Source: Mobula hypostoma (lineage: Eukaryota). Taken from it: DNA of 64,000 bases. This document shows, piece by piece, positions 1 to 11,488 of this stretch. Position numbers and translations under genes: made by a program. The stretch lies in assembly GCF_963921235.1 (NCBI RefSeq), contig NC_086101.1:620001-684000 (forward strand), in the 5' to 3' direction. Numbering within the stretch: position 1 is the first letter of the stretch; every line of letters begins with the position of its first letter. The notes under the pieces are model-generated. The model saw nothing but the letters and a program-made list of their open reading frames with translations, did no database searches and was not told where the DNA came from.

Positions 1-49
1 TGTGGTGAGGTTTCTCAACAGTGGATTAGTCAAATCTCGCAACTTATTT

Positions 50-955
50 CAACGCACACAAATTTCTAGAGGAACTCAGCAGGCCTGGCAGCATCTATGG
101 AAGAGTACCGTCGAGGTTTCAGCCCAAGACCCTTTGGCAGATCTAATGTATACATATATAAACCTATCCATGGTGGCTGGCGGGAGAATGGGTTGACAGC
201 AGACGTGCGTGAACTGGAAGAGATGCAGTTGAGGGCAGTGTTGATGGTGGAGGAAAGGAAGCCCCTTTCTTTGAAGAAGGAGGACATCTCCTTCATTCTG
301 GAATGAAAAGCCTCATTCTGACAGCAGATGTGGTAGAGACGAAGGAATTGAGAGAAGAGGATTGTATTTTTACAAGTAACAGAGTGGGAAAAGGTTTAGT
401 CCAGGTAGCTGTGAGTCAGTGGATTTGTAATGGACATCAGTGGATAAGCTGTCTCTAGAGACAGAGACAGAGACAGAGACAGAGAGATTGAGAAAGGGGA
501 AGGATGTGTCAGAAATGGACCAGGTAAATTTAAGAGTAGGATGGAAGTTGGAGGCAAAGTTGATGAAATGGACTAGTTCGGCATTTGTACAGGGATTAGC
601 ACAAATATAGTCATCAATGTAGCATAGGAAAAGTGGGAAGGTGACATCAATTTAGGCTTGGAACATAGTTCCACATAGCTGACAAACAGGCAGGCATAGC
701 TGGGACCCATGTGAGTACCCTTGGACACACCTCTTGTTTGAAGGAAGTGGGGGGAGCCAAGGAGTAAATATTGACAGTGAGGACTAGTTCCACGAGATGG
801 AGGAAAGTGGTGGTGGAGGGTAACTTGTGTCTAGAAAGAAATGGAGCTTTGAGGCCTTCTTGTTGGGGTATGGAGTTGTATAGGGACTAGACATCGATGG
901 TGAAAATAAGATGGTCGGGGCCAGAGAACTTGAAATTATTGAAAAGATTGCATCT
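50..955 (-). mobile_element. Penelope-like element (PLE) fragment: RT core plus terminal-repeat remnant
   Basis: Minus-strand peptides [36 protein letters not shown] and MKEMSSFFKERGFLSSTINTAL are PLE RT motifs. 57-140 matches the PLE terminal repeat seen at 27030 and 28040. Confidence 0.8.
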
Positions 956-1886
956 TTCCTTTTCCACCAGCGTGAACTCGCTGGTGTGTCTGTAGATTGG
1001 ATGATCGAGTGAATTTCTTTCCACAATCCAAGCAAGTGAATGGCCTTTCCCCAGTGTGAACTCGCTGGTGTACCAGTAGGTCAGATGATTGAGTGAATCC
1101 CTTCCCACATACAAAACAGGTGAATGGCCTCTGTTCAGTGTGAACTCGCTGATGTACCTTCAGATTAGATGACCGAGTAAAACCCTTGCCGCAGTCTGAG
1201 CAGGTGAATGGCCTCTCCCCAGTGTGAATTCGCTGATGGACCTTCATTTCAGATGACCGAGTGAATCTCTTCCCACAGTCTGAGCAGGTAAATGGCCTCT
1301 CCGCAGTGTGAACTGACTGGTGTGCCACTAGGTTAGATGACCGAGTGAATCCCTTCCCACAGTCTGAGCAGGTGAATGGCCTCTCCCCAGTGTGAACTGA
1401 CTTGTGTGTCAGTAGGTCAGATGACCGAATGAACCCCTTCCCACAATCAGAGCAGATGAACGGTGTTTCCCCAGTGTGAACTCGCTCGTGTACCAGTAGG
1501 TCAGATGACCGAGTAAACCCCTTCCCACAGTCTGAGCAAGTGAACGGCCTCTCCCCAGTGTGAACTCGCAGATGTACCTTGAGTTTAGATGAGTGAGTAA
1601 ACCCCTTCCCACAGTCTGTGCAGGTGAATGGCCTCTCTCCAATATGAACTGCCTGGTGTGTCAGTAGTTCAGATGACCGAGTGAATCCCTTCCCACAGTG
1701 TGAGCAGGTGAATGGGCATTCACCAGTGTGAACTGACTGGTGTTTCAGCAGGTTAGATGACCGAGTGAATCCCTTCCCACAGACTGAGCAGGTGAACGGC
1801 CTCTTCCCAGTGTGAGCTTGCTGGTGTCTCCGTAGGTTGGATGACCGAGTGAATCCCTTCCCACATTCTGAGCAGGTGAACAGCAT
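936..1886 (-). CDS. C2H2 zinc-finger array protein, 11 fingers (ZNF-A); first in-frame ATG at 1886
   Basis: Uninterrupted ORF with 11 CxxC-x12-HxxxH fingers and TGERPF-type linkers. Candidate acceptor ctttctacAG at 2300-2299. Confidence 0.85.
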   Translation of the reverse strand: MLFTCSECGKGFTRSSNLRRHQQAHTGKRPFTCSVCGKGFTRSSNLLKHQSVHTGECPFTCSHCGKGFTRSSELLTHQAVHIGERPFTCTDCGKGFTHSSKLKVHLRVHTGERPFTCSDCGKGFTRSSDLLVHERVHTGETPFICSDCGKGFIRSSDLLTHKSVHTGERPFTCSDCGKGFTRSSNLVAHQSVHTAERPFTCSDCGKRFTRSSEMKVHQRIHTGERPFTCSDCGKGFTRSSNLKVHQRVHTEQRPFTCFVCGKGFTQSSDLLVHQRVHTGERPFTCLDCGKKFTRSSNLQTHQRVHAGGKGKMQSFQ

Positions 1887-2344
1887 CTCCCAGTGTGAAT
1901 TCACTGGTGTGTTCGCAGCTGGGATGAGATGAATGAGTCACTTCCACAGTTCTGCATCACTCCTCTGTCAATTCATCAAATCAGATGTCAGACATAGTGA
2001 GTCCCCAGAACAATCAATCCTGTTGAAGAACTGATCTCCAGTGAATAAACACTGGAGTGTTCTCAGCTCCTTGTTTCCCCAGGAGGTCACTGAATTAAAA
2101 CAGAAAATGTCATGTCAGAGACAAGGCACGTTTCCAGCTGGGATGAGATACTTCTTCATCTCCAAGGATCAAGACGGATAGATTGGTGTTACAATGTGAA
2201 TATCTGGTCACTCCTTAAACATCTGGACAGAGATGCGAAATGTGACGTGTTGCTGTGTTTGAGCTTCCTGGACACAAATTATTTTTGCTGTTTCTCACCT
2301 GTAGAAAGATTTACAAAAGGAATCAATGGATGAAGTACTGAATT

Positions 2345-2820
2345 TCAGGAAGTGTATGGTGATGAACACTGGTAGAAGAAATAAAAGCGTAGACTATTTT
2401 ATAACTGGAGAGAAATTTCAAAAATGTCAAAGACGCTTCTGCATGCTCGTGCAGGTTGAGTTGGTGGTGAGGAAGGCCAGTTAGCATTCATTTCCAGATG
2501 ATCAAAACGTAAAGCAAGAACACATTGCTGAGGCTTTACAAAGAACTGACAAGGTCTCACTTGGAGTATTGGGAGCAGTTTTGTACCCCATATCTAAAAA
2601 AGGATGTGCTGACACTGGAGAGGGCTCAGTGGAGGCTCACGAAAATGATTCCCAGAATTGAAGTCTTGTCATATGAGGAGCATTTGATGGCTTTGGGCCT
2701 CTACTCACTGGAATTTAGAAGAATGAGGGGTCATCATTTGAAAATCTATCAAATGTTGAAAGGTCTCGATACAATGGATGTGGAGAGGATGTTTCCTGTG
2801 GTGGGCGAGTCAAAAACTTG
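2345..2820 (+). mobile_element. CR1 LINE ORF2 3' fragment
   Basis: MLRLYKELTRSHLEYWEQF...[13 protein letters not shown] is the CR1 RT C-terminus. Confidence 0.9.
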
Positions 2821-3195
2821 ATGAACCAAATTCTGCTCATTTATCTTGTGGTATTTTAGATGAGGTAGTGTTAGTCTCTCTCTTGAGCGCTGACATCACA
2901 TGGTTACAGCGAGGTTCAAACTAACTTGGGGGAAGAAGTCTTCCTCTAACTGGGCACAGTGCCGGCATCTGGACTGGCCATCAACTTCTCTGACAGTCTT
3001 CCTCTCTGTACAAAAATGGGGCATTTCTGCTCGTCTGCAGCCTGTGACTTGGCTCAGTTTGATTCTTTCCATTGGTGTTATTCACTATTATCTCTAAACT
3101 GCGCATGTGTACGGCTGCACAACAACTGAAATGCTCCCTTACAGATCGCATTTGGTGCTGCACTGATAGAATTTTCTTTCAAATAATGTTAATTG

Positions 3196-3506
3196 TGGGC
3201 ACGTGACCAAGTGGTTAAGGCATTGGACTAGCGACCTGAAGGTCATGAGTTCAAGCCCCAGCGGAGGGAACGTGTTCTGTCCTTGAGCAAGGCACTTAAT
3301 CACACATTGCTCTGCGATGACACTGGTGCCAAGCTGTATGGGTCCTAATGCCCTTCCCTTGGACAACATCGGTGTTGTGGAGATGGGAGACTTGCAGCAT
3401 GGGCAACTGCTGGTCTTCCATATAACCTTGCCCAGGTCTGCACCCTGGAGAGTGAAGACTTTCCGGGCGCAGATCCATGGACTCAAGATGCTTTTACTTA
3501 CTTACT
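3196..3506 (+). mobile_element. tRNA-derived CORE-type SINE
   Basis: A box TGACCAAGTGG, B box GTTCAAGCC, CORE-like GTCCTTGAGCAAGGCACTTAA, (TTAC)n tail. Perfect 12-bp TSD TAATGTTAATTG at 3184-3195 and 3507-3518. Confidence 0.9.
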
Positions 3507-4299
3507 TAATGTTAATTGAAAGTGCCGTGCAGTTTTCAGGCCGTGCAAAAAATTCCTGCTCAGACCAATGGTTGGCCCAACAGCACTACAAAGAGCCCGT
3601 GATATTACCTGGAGACTTTCCAGTTACTCTGACACATCCCGCACCCCCCAGGTGATTGAAGGCAGTGAACCCATTGATGGCAGTGCCAATGAATATGAGG
3701 CAGAGGGCAGTAGCTTTTCCCAGTGCAGTGTCACATTTTGTGATGTGAAATCTACAGGACACTTGTTACCCACAACAAAGGTGTTTGATATCATTGTGTA
3801 CTCAGTGAGAATGGTACAAAACATGTTCTCATGGGTAGAAAGTTCCAAAGCAAAAGGAGGTAGAGCTAAAGCTGATGGAAGGATTTTGTGATGTTTTTTC
3901 ATACAGTACTAATTGGCATTTTCACTGACTGCAAGGTGAACTCTTCATCTTAGTTTAACTGGGAACTGTATTTTTGTTCCAAGATCCTAATCCTTGGATC
4001 CTTTGATCTGAGTGTATCTGATACATACATGTTTAAAAGCAATTATGCATACAATCTTAGTGTTTGGGCAATATCTCCCCACATTTCCCCTCTTTATTGC
4101 TTGTACGTTGCGGTGGAGACACAAATAACGACGTTTACTCCTTTGGATGTAAGGATTCAATTTTTATTATTATTATTGGATAGCTATAGCTCAGCAATGT
4201 TTGCAAAAACCTTCTGCTCCCATTCGCTACTCCTGCACTTCGAAACACGTTTATAGACTGGCGGAGAGGGCGCAGATAGTGTCACCAATGGCTTACTCT

Positions 4300-4660
4300 T
4301 AACCCAGAAGCCCATACAAACGAGAGACCCTTTTATCCGCTACGGTTCCCGCAATGCGCATGCGCCATAGGAATGGCGGTAGCGTCAGCTCATTTTCCCG
4401 GGCCCGGAACAGATTGTGGGGCCGAGAGAGGGGAAAAGGACCGAGACTGTCCCGCGGTGCGGAGCCACGGTGTGTCCGGACGTCACAGTAACTGTCCGTC
4501 AGTCGCGGTTCACCGGTGACGATAAGATCCCCGCCCGGAGCCCCGCTCCTACCTGCCGCCGAGTGCCCGCGAATCTTTTGACCAGTGAGCGCATGCGCAG
4601 TTTTCCCGGCGCCGTCTCTGACCTTCACGCATGCGCATTTAATTGCCTGATCTCGGTCGG
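4300..4660 (-). promoter_or_regulatory. CpG-rich promoter and first exon of ZNF-A with three NRF1-like GCGCATGCGC motifs
   Basis: Motifs at 4355-4365, 4589-4598 and 4627-4637. Donor CAG|GTAGGA at 4553/4552 (-). Homologous to 55140-55500. Confidence 0.65.
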
Positions 4661-4679
4661 CGAATTCTGGAACAAACAC

Positions 4680-5290
4680 GCGGAAGTCTGCAGATACTGG
4701 AAATCCAAAGCAACTCACACAAAACGCTGGAGGAACTCAGCATCTATGGAAAAGAATAAACAGTCGGCGTTTTGCGCTGAACAGGATGGGGGACAATGCC
4801 AGGATTTTAAAAAAACGGGGAGGGGAGAAAGGCTAGCTGGAATGTCACAGGTGAAGCCAGGTGGGTGGGAAAGGTCAAGTGTTGGAGAAGAAATATCTCA
4901 TAGGAGAGGAGAGTGGACCAGAGTACAGAGGGAAGGAGGAGGGGACCCGGGGGATGTAATAGGCAGGTGAGAAGTAAAAGTCAGAGTGGGGAATGGAGGA
5001 AGGCGGGGTGGGGGGACTTGTTTATAGGAAGGAGAGATCGATATTCATGCCATCTGGCTGGAGGGTACTCAGAGCGAATATAAAGTGTTGCACCTCCACT
5101 CTGACGGGGGCTCATCGCGGCCGTGGCATCGACACGTCAGAACGGGAATGGGAATCAGTTTTAAAATGTTTGGCACTGGGATGTTCTGCTTGGGGCGAAT
5201 GGTGCGAAGCTGCTCAACGAATTGATGAGGTCACGCTCAGGACGGAGGAGCAACAGCTTATATTCTGTCTCGGTATCCTCCATCTCGATT
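4680..5290 (-). mobile_element. PLE 3' fragment (terminal repeat plus GIY-YIG tail), decayed and rearranged
   Basis: ctgcagatactggaaatccaaagcaactcacacaaaacgctggaggaactcagc terminal motif. 5030-5160 resembles 27470-27630. Confidence 0.75.
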
Positions 5291-5299
5291 AACTGAACC

Positions 5300-5575
5300 A
5301 AAACACCAGTGTTGTCTGATTGATTCCAGAGCCCCAAGGGAAGGTGTCTCTTAATCTGAATAATGGTCTTATTTGAGCTCCTGAAAACCTGTTTTTGACA
5401 AACACCTGCCATCCCTTGGACAACTTTCCCAGCTGGTCTCCATCCCACTGTGACCTCAGACAACCCTCACTTTCACCACAGACTGGCTCAGTGTCATGCA
5501 CACCTTCACTAATTGTCCGACCTACATTCTCCTCCAAATCATTCACACACGTGACCAACACCAGTTTACTGCAAG
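5300..5575 (-). mobile_element. Decayed CR1 RT fragment
   Basis: VNDLEENVGRTISEGVHDTE...LRSQWDGDQLGK resembles CR1 INDLD...KFADDTK. Confidence 0.6.
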
Positions 5576-5739
5576 ATGACAGAGAGAAGTGACAGTAGAG
5601 CTCAGCTCAAACAAAGAAAACAAGCGAAACGAAGAGCAGGAGAGTGGTGGTGGAGGGAACGCGTTGGGTCTGGTATCCAGGTGGAAACGGAGAGCTCTGT
5701 GGCTTTCCTGGTGGGAGGTGGAGCTGTATATGGACAGGG

Positions 5740-6170
5740 TATCTACAGTGAAAATAAGATGACGGGGCCAGGGAACATTTAATTACTGAAAAGATTTTGT
5801 GTGTGTTGTTTGGATTTGCAGCATCTACAGATCTTTGCTTGTTTCTGACCGGGAAATTCCATTTGTTGCAGACGGAGCGAATGTACTTGACAAAATGTAC
5901 TCCCGATCTACATTGGGTCCCATTGATGTAGAAGAGGCCGCACAGGGAGCATCAGATACAGTAGATCAGCCTGACAGACTCACAGGTGAAGTTTTGCCTC
6001 ACCTGGAAGGACTGTTTGTGAACCAAAAGGGGCTGAGGGGGGAAGCAAATGGGAAGGTGTAGAACTTCCCTCACTTTCAAGGATATGTTCCGGGGGGAGA
6101 TGAGCGGGAAGGGATGCATGGAATTATCGTGCAAAGCAAAAAGTGGGGGGAGGGGGAGGTAAAGATAGGA
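5740..6170 (-). mobile_element. PLE fragments including a GIY-YIG endonuclease remnant
   Basis: KQSFQVRQNFTCESVRLIYCI matches the PLE endonuclease at 27732-27850. Confidence 0.7.
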
Positions 6171-6799
6171 AGGGGTTTAGTGAAGATCACCATGCAAATC
6201 GGTAGTTTTATTTAAATGTCAGCTAGTGTGAATGTGTTCTGTGAGTCCTGCCACCTGCCGTGATCGGTGTCTTCCTCAGGTCCGCTGTCATCTGAATCTG
6301 CCAGGGTGGATGGTGGAGGGTTTTACAGAGATGGCAAGTGGTGTAGATGTCAGTTGGATTCACAGAATGGTGATGGGTGTAGCTTTAGAAGGGTTTTCAC
6401 AGATGGTGGACACTGCAAGGATTGGAGGTGTTAACAGAAATGGGGAGTGGTATAGTGATGGAAGGGTTTTCACACAGGGTGTGGGGTGTAAGAATGCTTC
6501 ACCACCACAGTGGAAATATACTTCCCTTGTCAACCAAAATGGTGTTTCTGTCTGTAACCAGCTGGAACCTGTATTGTATCAGAGTGCTTTGCTAATAATG
6601 TTCGTGCAACATGATGCTGATGGTACCTGAGCACTTGACTGCAGACCTGCAGCTGTGTTACTGGAAGAATGCCAAATACTCTGATTCAGCAGAGAAAAAT
6701 AATACACCGTCCTTGAAGTTGTGTCCAGAGGAGTGACGGTACTGGCTTGTTTTTTTTTTGGACAACAGCTATTACCAGCTCCTGTGCAGTGCTAGTCTT

Positions 6800-7697
6800 C
6801 CATAGTCATAATCATAGTCATAGTCATACTTTACTGATCCCGAGGGAGATTGGTTTTCGTTACAGTTGCACCAACCAAGAATGGAGTATAAATACAGCAA
6901 TATAAAACCATAAATAATTAAATAATAATATGTAAATTATGCCAGGAAATAAGTTCAGGCCCAGCCTATTGGCTCAGGGTGTCTGACCCTCCAAGGGAGG
7001 AGTTGTAAAGTTTGATGGCCACAGGCAGGAATGACTTCCTATGACGCTCTGTGTTGCATCTCGGTGGAATGAGTCTCTGGCTAAATGTACTCCTGTGCCC
7101 ACCCAGTACATTATGTAGTGGATGGGAGACATTGTCCAAGATGGCATGCAACTTAGACAGCATCCTCTTTTCGGACACCACCGTCAGAGAGTCCAGTTCC
7201 ATCCCCACAACATCACTGGCCTTACGAATGAGTTTGTTGATTGTGTTGGTGTCTGCTACCCTCAGCCTGCTGCCCCAGCACACAACAGCAACATTATAGC
7301 ACTGGCCACCACAGATTCGTAGAACATCCTAAGCATTGTCCGGCAGATGTTAAAGGACCTCAGTCTCCTCAGGAAATAGAGACTGCTCTGACCTTTCTTG
7401 TAGACAGCCTCAGTGTTCTTTGACCAGTCCAGTTTATTGTCAATTCGTATCCCCAGGTATTTGTATTCCTCCACCATGTCCACACTGACCCCCTGGATGG
7501 AAACAGGGGTTACCGGTGCCTTAGCTCTCCTCAGGTCTACCACCAGCTCCTTAGTCTTCTTCACATTAAGTTGCAGATAATTCTGCTCAAACCATGTGAC
7601 AAAGTTTCCTGCTGTAGCCCTGTACTCAGTCTCATCTCCCTTGCTGATGCATCCAACTATGGCAGAGTCATCCGAAAACTTCTGAAGATGACAAGAC
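6800..7697 (-). mobile_element. Rex1/Babar LINE, 5'-truncated
   Basis: KKTKELVVDLRR...RRLRSFNIC and SFLPVAIKLYN motifs; (ATGACT)n tail. Near-identical to 53540-54776. Confidence 0.9.
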
Positions 7698-8240
7698 TAA
7701 GCGCCAGAAACCCTCCTGCTGTGACCTTCCTTTGCCAGGTCATCCCTCCATCTCTAACAGTATCTAAAGTGAAATATGTGTTCTCCATGGGGATGGACAC
7801 AGGGGTACACTGCACTCACTGTTTCCTCCTCTTCACGTTCCTGACTGTCACCCGGTGTACTGCCGTGTACCTTGGGTGCAACTACCTCTCTATATGTGCT
7901 ACTTATCACTCCTCCAGCCTCCCGAATGATCTGAAGTTCATCCATTTCCAGCTCCATCTCCTTAATGTGGATTGCTTGGAGCTGAAGCTGGATGCACTTC
8001 TCACAGGTGTAGTTATCAGGGACACAGGAGGGTCTCCTGCCTTCCCACATCCCACAAGAGGAGCTTTCCACTATCCTGCCTGGCATCTCCACTGTTCTAA
8101 CTGAACGAATGTAAAGAAGGGGCAAAAAAACAATTCTAGCTCCATGATGAGTTTGCCCTCTCTGACTGAATGTTCTCCTCACTGAAACCTCAGAGGTGAA
8201 GCCTCAAAGTCTCTGCTCTGACTCTGTCCACTCTGACACT
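7698..8240 (-). mobile_element. CR1 5' region / ORF1 N-terminus
   Basis: SSCGMWE...YTCEKCIQLQL...ELEMDELQIIRE is a CR1 ORF1 zinc-finger/zipper, similar to 30816-31050. Confidence 0.75.
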
Positions 8241-9826
8241 GGCCGCTCCACTTGCTCCTGACCAACTTTAAGATCTTCTTCATAATCAATCCTGAATGCT
8301 GATTGGCCACAGCTCAAAGCTCAAAATAACCTGCCCTGAACAATTGCCTTTAATACTCAATTGGCGAACCTGAGTGAATTACATCTTCTCAAGCTTCTGA
8401 TCTCTCTGATTAACGATGTTTCAAAGCTCGGTAGGGCGAGACAAGGATGAATAACTGATTGAAACCCATCCCACATTCAGAGCTAGTGACCACCCTCACC
8501 ACAGTGTGAACCCGCCACTGTCTCTGCAGATAAGTGTGCAAATGACTTCCCACAGTCTGAGCAGGTCAATGTACTCTCACTGCTGAAAACAGTTTGGTGT
8601 ATAGGTAGGTGAGATGAAAGTGTGAATTCATTCCCAGTCCAAACAGATGAACGGCTTCTACCCAGTGTGAACTTGGTGATGTTCATTCAGCTGTGATGAC
8701 TGAGTGAATTCCTTCCCACAGTCTGAGCAGTTGAACAGTTTCTCCCCAGTGTTTGCTTGCTGATGTTCATTCAACACTGGACTGAAAGTGATATATTTGA
8801 ATGCACGCAGCGTAAGAATTAAAATGGATGATCTTGAAATTCAGCTACAGATTGGTAAGTATGACGTTGTGGCCACCTCTGAAACTTGGCTAAAGGATGG
8901 CTGCCAGTGGGAGCTGAACATCGAAGGATATATGGTGTATCGGAAAGATAGGTTAGTAGGCAGAGGGGGTGGTGTGGCCTTGTGTATAAGAAATAATATT
9001 AAATCATCAGAAAGCGATGACATAGGACCAGGAAGGTGTAGTCTCTCTGGTTGGAGATAAGAAACAGCAAGGGTAAATGGACCCTAATGGCAGTTGTATA
9101 CAGTCCTCCAAACAGCAGTCAGGATGTGGATGACAAATTACCGCAGGAGATAGAAAAGGCATGTCAGAAGGGCAATCGTTGGTGATTTTAACAGGAAAGT
9201 GGATTGGGAAAAACAGGCCAGTACTGGACCTCAAGAGAGAGCATTTACAAAATGTCTAAGGGATTGCTTTTTAGAATAGCTTGTTGTTGAGCCCACTAGG
9301 GGATTAGCTGTGCAGGATTGGGTGTTGTGCAATGATCCGGCAGTGATAAGAGAGCTTAAGGTTAAGGAACCCTTGAGGTCAGTGATCAAAATCTGACCGA
9401 GTTCACTTTGAAATTTGAGAAGGAGAAACTAAATTCCAATGTGTCGGTATTTCAGTGGATTAAAGGAAATTACAAGGCATGAGCGGGGAACTGGCCAAAG
9501 TTGACTGGAAAGGGGCTCTAGCAGAAAGGACAGCAGAGCAGCAATAGCTGGAATTTCTGCAAAAAATGAGGGAAGTGCAAGACAGATATGTTCCTAACAA
9601 GAAGGAATTTTCAAATGGAAAAAGGACACCACTGTGGCTGACAAGTGAAGTCAGAGCCAAAGTAAAAGCAAAAGACAAGGAAGAAAAAGTTAGTGGAAGA
9701 TAGAGGATCGGGAAGCTTTTAAAAATTTGCAGAAGGAAACTAAGAAGGTCATTAGGAAGGAAAAGATAAATTATGAAAGGAAGCTGGTGACTAATATCAA
9801 GAAGATACAAAAAGCATTTTTTTAAG

Positions 9827-10403
9827 TATAACACGCTCTAAGGTTTCACTGCTAATATGATGGCTTTTCTGTAATGTTCCACTGCTGAGGTAATGGTTTC
9901 TCTGTAGCAGCAATGTTTGGGTTATGACTAGAGATAATAGGGCATGCTCGCCAATGAGCAGGATGTTGTTCTTTCTTGCATGTCTGGGAGCCAGGAATTC
10001 ACGGGGCTTTAGCGAGGGAGAGATGAGGAGGGAAGACGCGAATGGAGAGAGTTGGTAGACCTCAGATGGATCGGCCTTGGAGTGAGGGTCCGAAGGTCAG
10101 CGAGGATCGGAGGAGGTCGATGGTGGACAAACGGCTTATCAGTGAGCTCCAACATTGCCCAATAGACTGTTTCATGAGAATGGGCCCTTTCTCTTTTTTG
10201 TTTTCTTCACTAAGCATATCGTCAAATTGAGAGTAATAAAGCTCAATCATTTAATCGCATATTGTGCACTGTTTGTTATTTCGTACTGATTTGTAACAGG
10301 GAACACTTCACACGGCATCCACCCAAACGAGATTTCTCAAGTTTGGCCAGGCCAGGGGCTATCATCCCCTATACTGAGCCACTAGATTGAAGGGAGAGTT
10401 AGA
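9827..10403 (+). mobile_element. Solo LTR (Gypsy family of 18672-21536)
   Basis: Begins tataacacgctctaaggtttcactgctaa, matching the reverse complement of the LTR ends at 19264 and 21536. 4-bp TSD taag/ttag. CR1 resumes after it. Confidence 0.85.
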
Positions 10404-10759
10404 TTAGTATAGAAAGGGTAAAAGAGAGTTGAGGATAGATATAGGACCAACAGAAAATGATGTGGGAGATATTGTAATGGGAGACACAGAGATGGCAGTG
10501 GAACTGAATGTGTATTTTGCATCATTCTTCATGGTGGAAGACATCTGCAGTATACTTGACATTCAGGAGCGTCAGGGAAGTGAAGTACGTGCAGTGAAAA
10601 TTATGACTGAGAAGGTGCTCAGGAAGCTTAATGGTCTGAGGGTGGCTAAATCTCCTGGGCCTGATGGAATGCACCTTTGGGTTCTGAAGGAAATAGCTGG
10701 ACAGATTGCATAGGCATTACTAACGATCTTTCAAGAATCGATAGATTCTGGCATTGTAC

Positions 10760-11488
10760 TGTAAGGGGTTTCTTCTTTTATGTTACTGCGAAGGCTAACA
10801 AAATGGCTTCTTTGTTATGTAATTAAAATGGCTTTTCTGTAATAATAACTGTGATGTAAGGAGTTCTCCCTCTCTCTCTCTCTGCTTGTTTGGGTTATAT
10901 TACTGATAAGAGCATTGTATTCATTTGTTAACCAACTGGGATAGATGCTATTCTTTCTTGTGTGTCTGTAAGGTATTGTTTCGCGGGGCTTTTGGGCAGA
11001 AGGCGCAATGGGGACAGAGAGAGGAGACACGATGCTGCGACCCTGGGTGGCGGGACCGATCCTGAGCGGGAGTCCGAGGCCCAGGGTCTTTGGCGAGGAG
11101 AGGAGACAAAGACAGACTCGTGCACAGCGTCTGGTCAACCATCGTGGCTGGTCCCAGGTGGCGGGTCGAGGGGTTCGGAGGGGATCAAATGGTGGAAAGA
11201 AGACTCCGTTAATTAAGCTCCAACTGTTCTGCACGAAGTGGTTGAACTTTGATAAGTTTGGCGCCTTTTATTTTCCTTTTATATTTTACCTTTATTACTT
11301 ACATAGTTCCAGTAAGATCTATGAAGTGTAATTATTTAATCACATATGGTGCATCGTCTGTTATTTGGCGGGGTGGGGTACATCACACAGCATCCACACA
11401 AACTTGATTACCCAGTTCGGCGGGGCTGAAGGCTGTTCCCCCAGACGAAAGCGAGCTGAGCAAGCCTGAGGCTTACCAGGGGGCTACA
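10760..11488 (+). mobile_element. Solo LTR (related Gypsy family)
   Basis: TG...CA termini and 4-bp TSD gtac/gtaa; interrupts the CR1 RT at SGIV|PDDWK. Confidence 0.85.

Noticed and set aside
3196..3270. Possible tRNA gene
   Set aside because: The A/B boxes belong to a SINE head with CORE region, repeat tail and TSD; no Pol III terminator follows.
4299..4970. ORFs over the CpG island (also 55164-55652)
   Set aside because: GC-rich promoter plus PLE sequence; frames are not conserved between the two homologous promoters.
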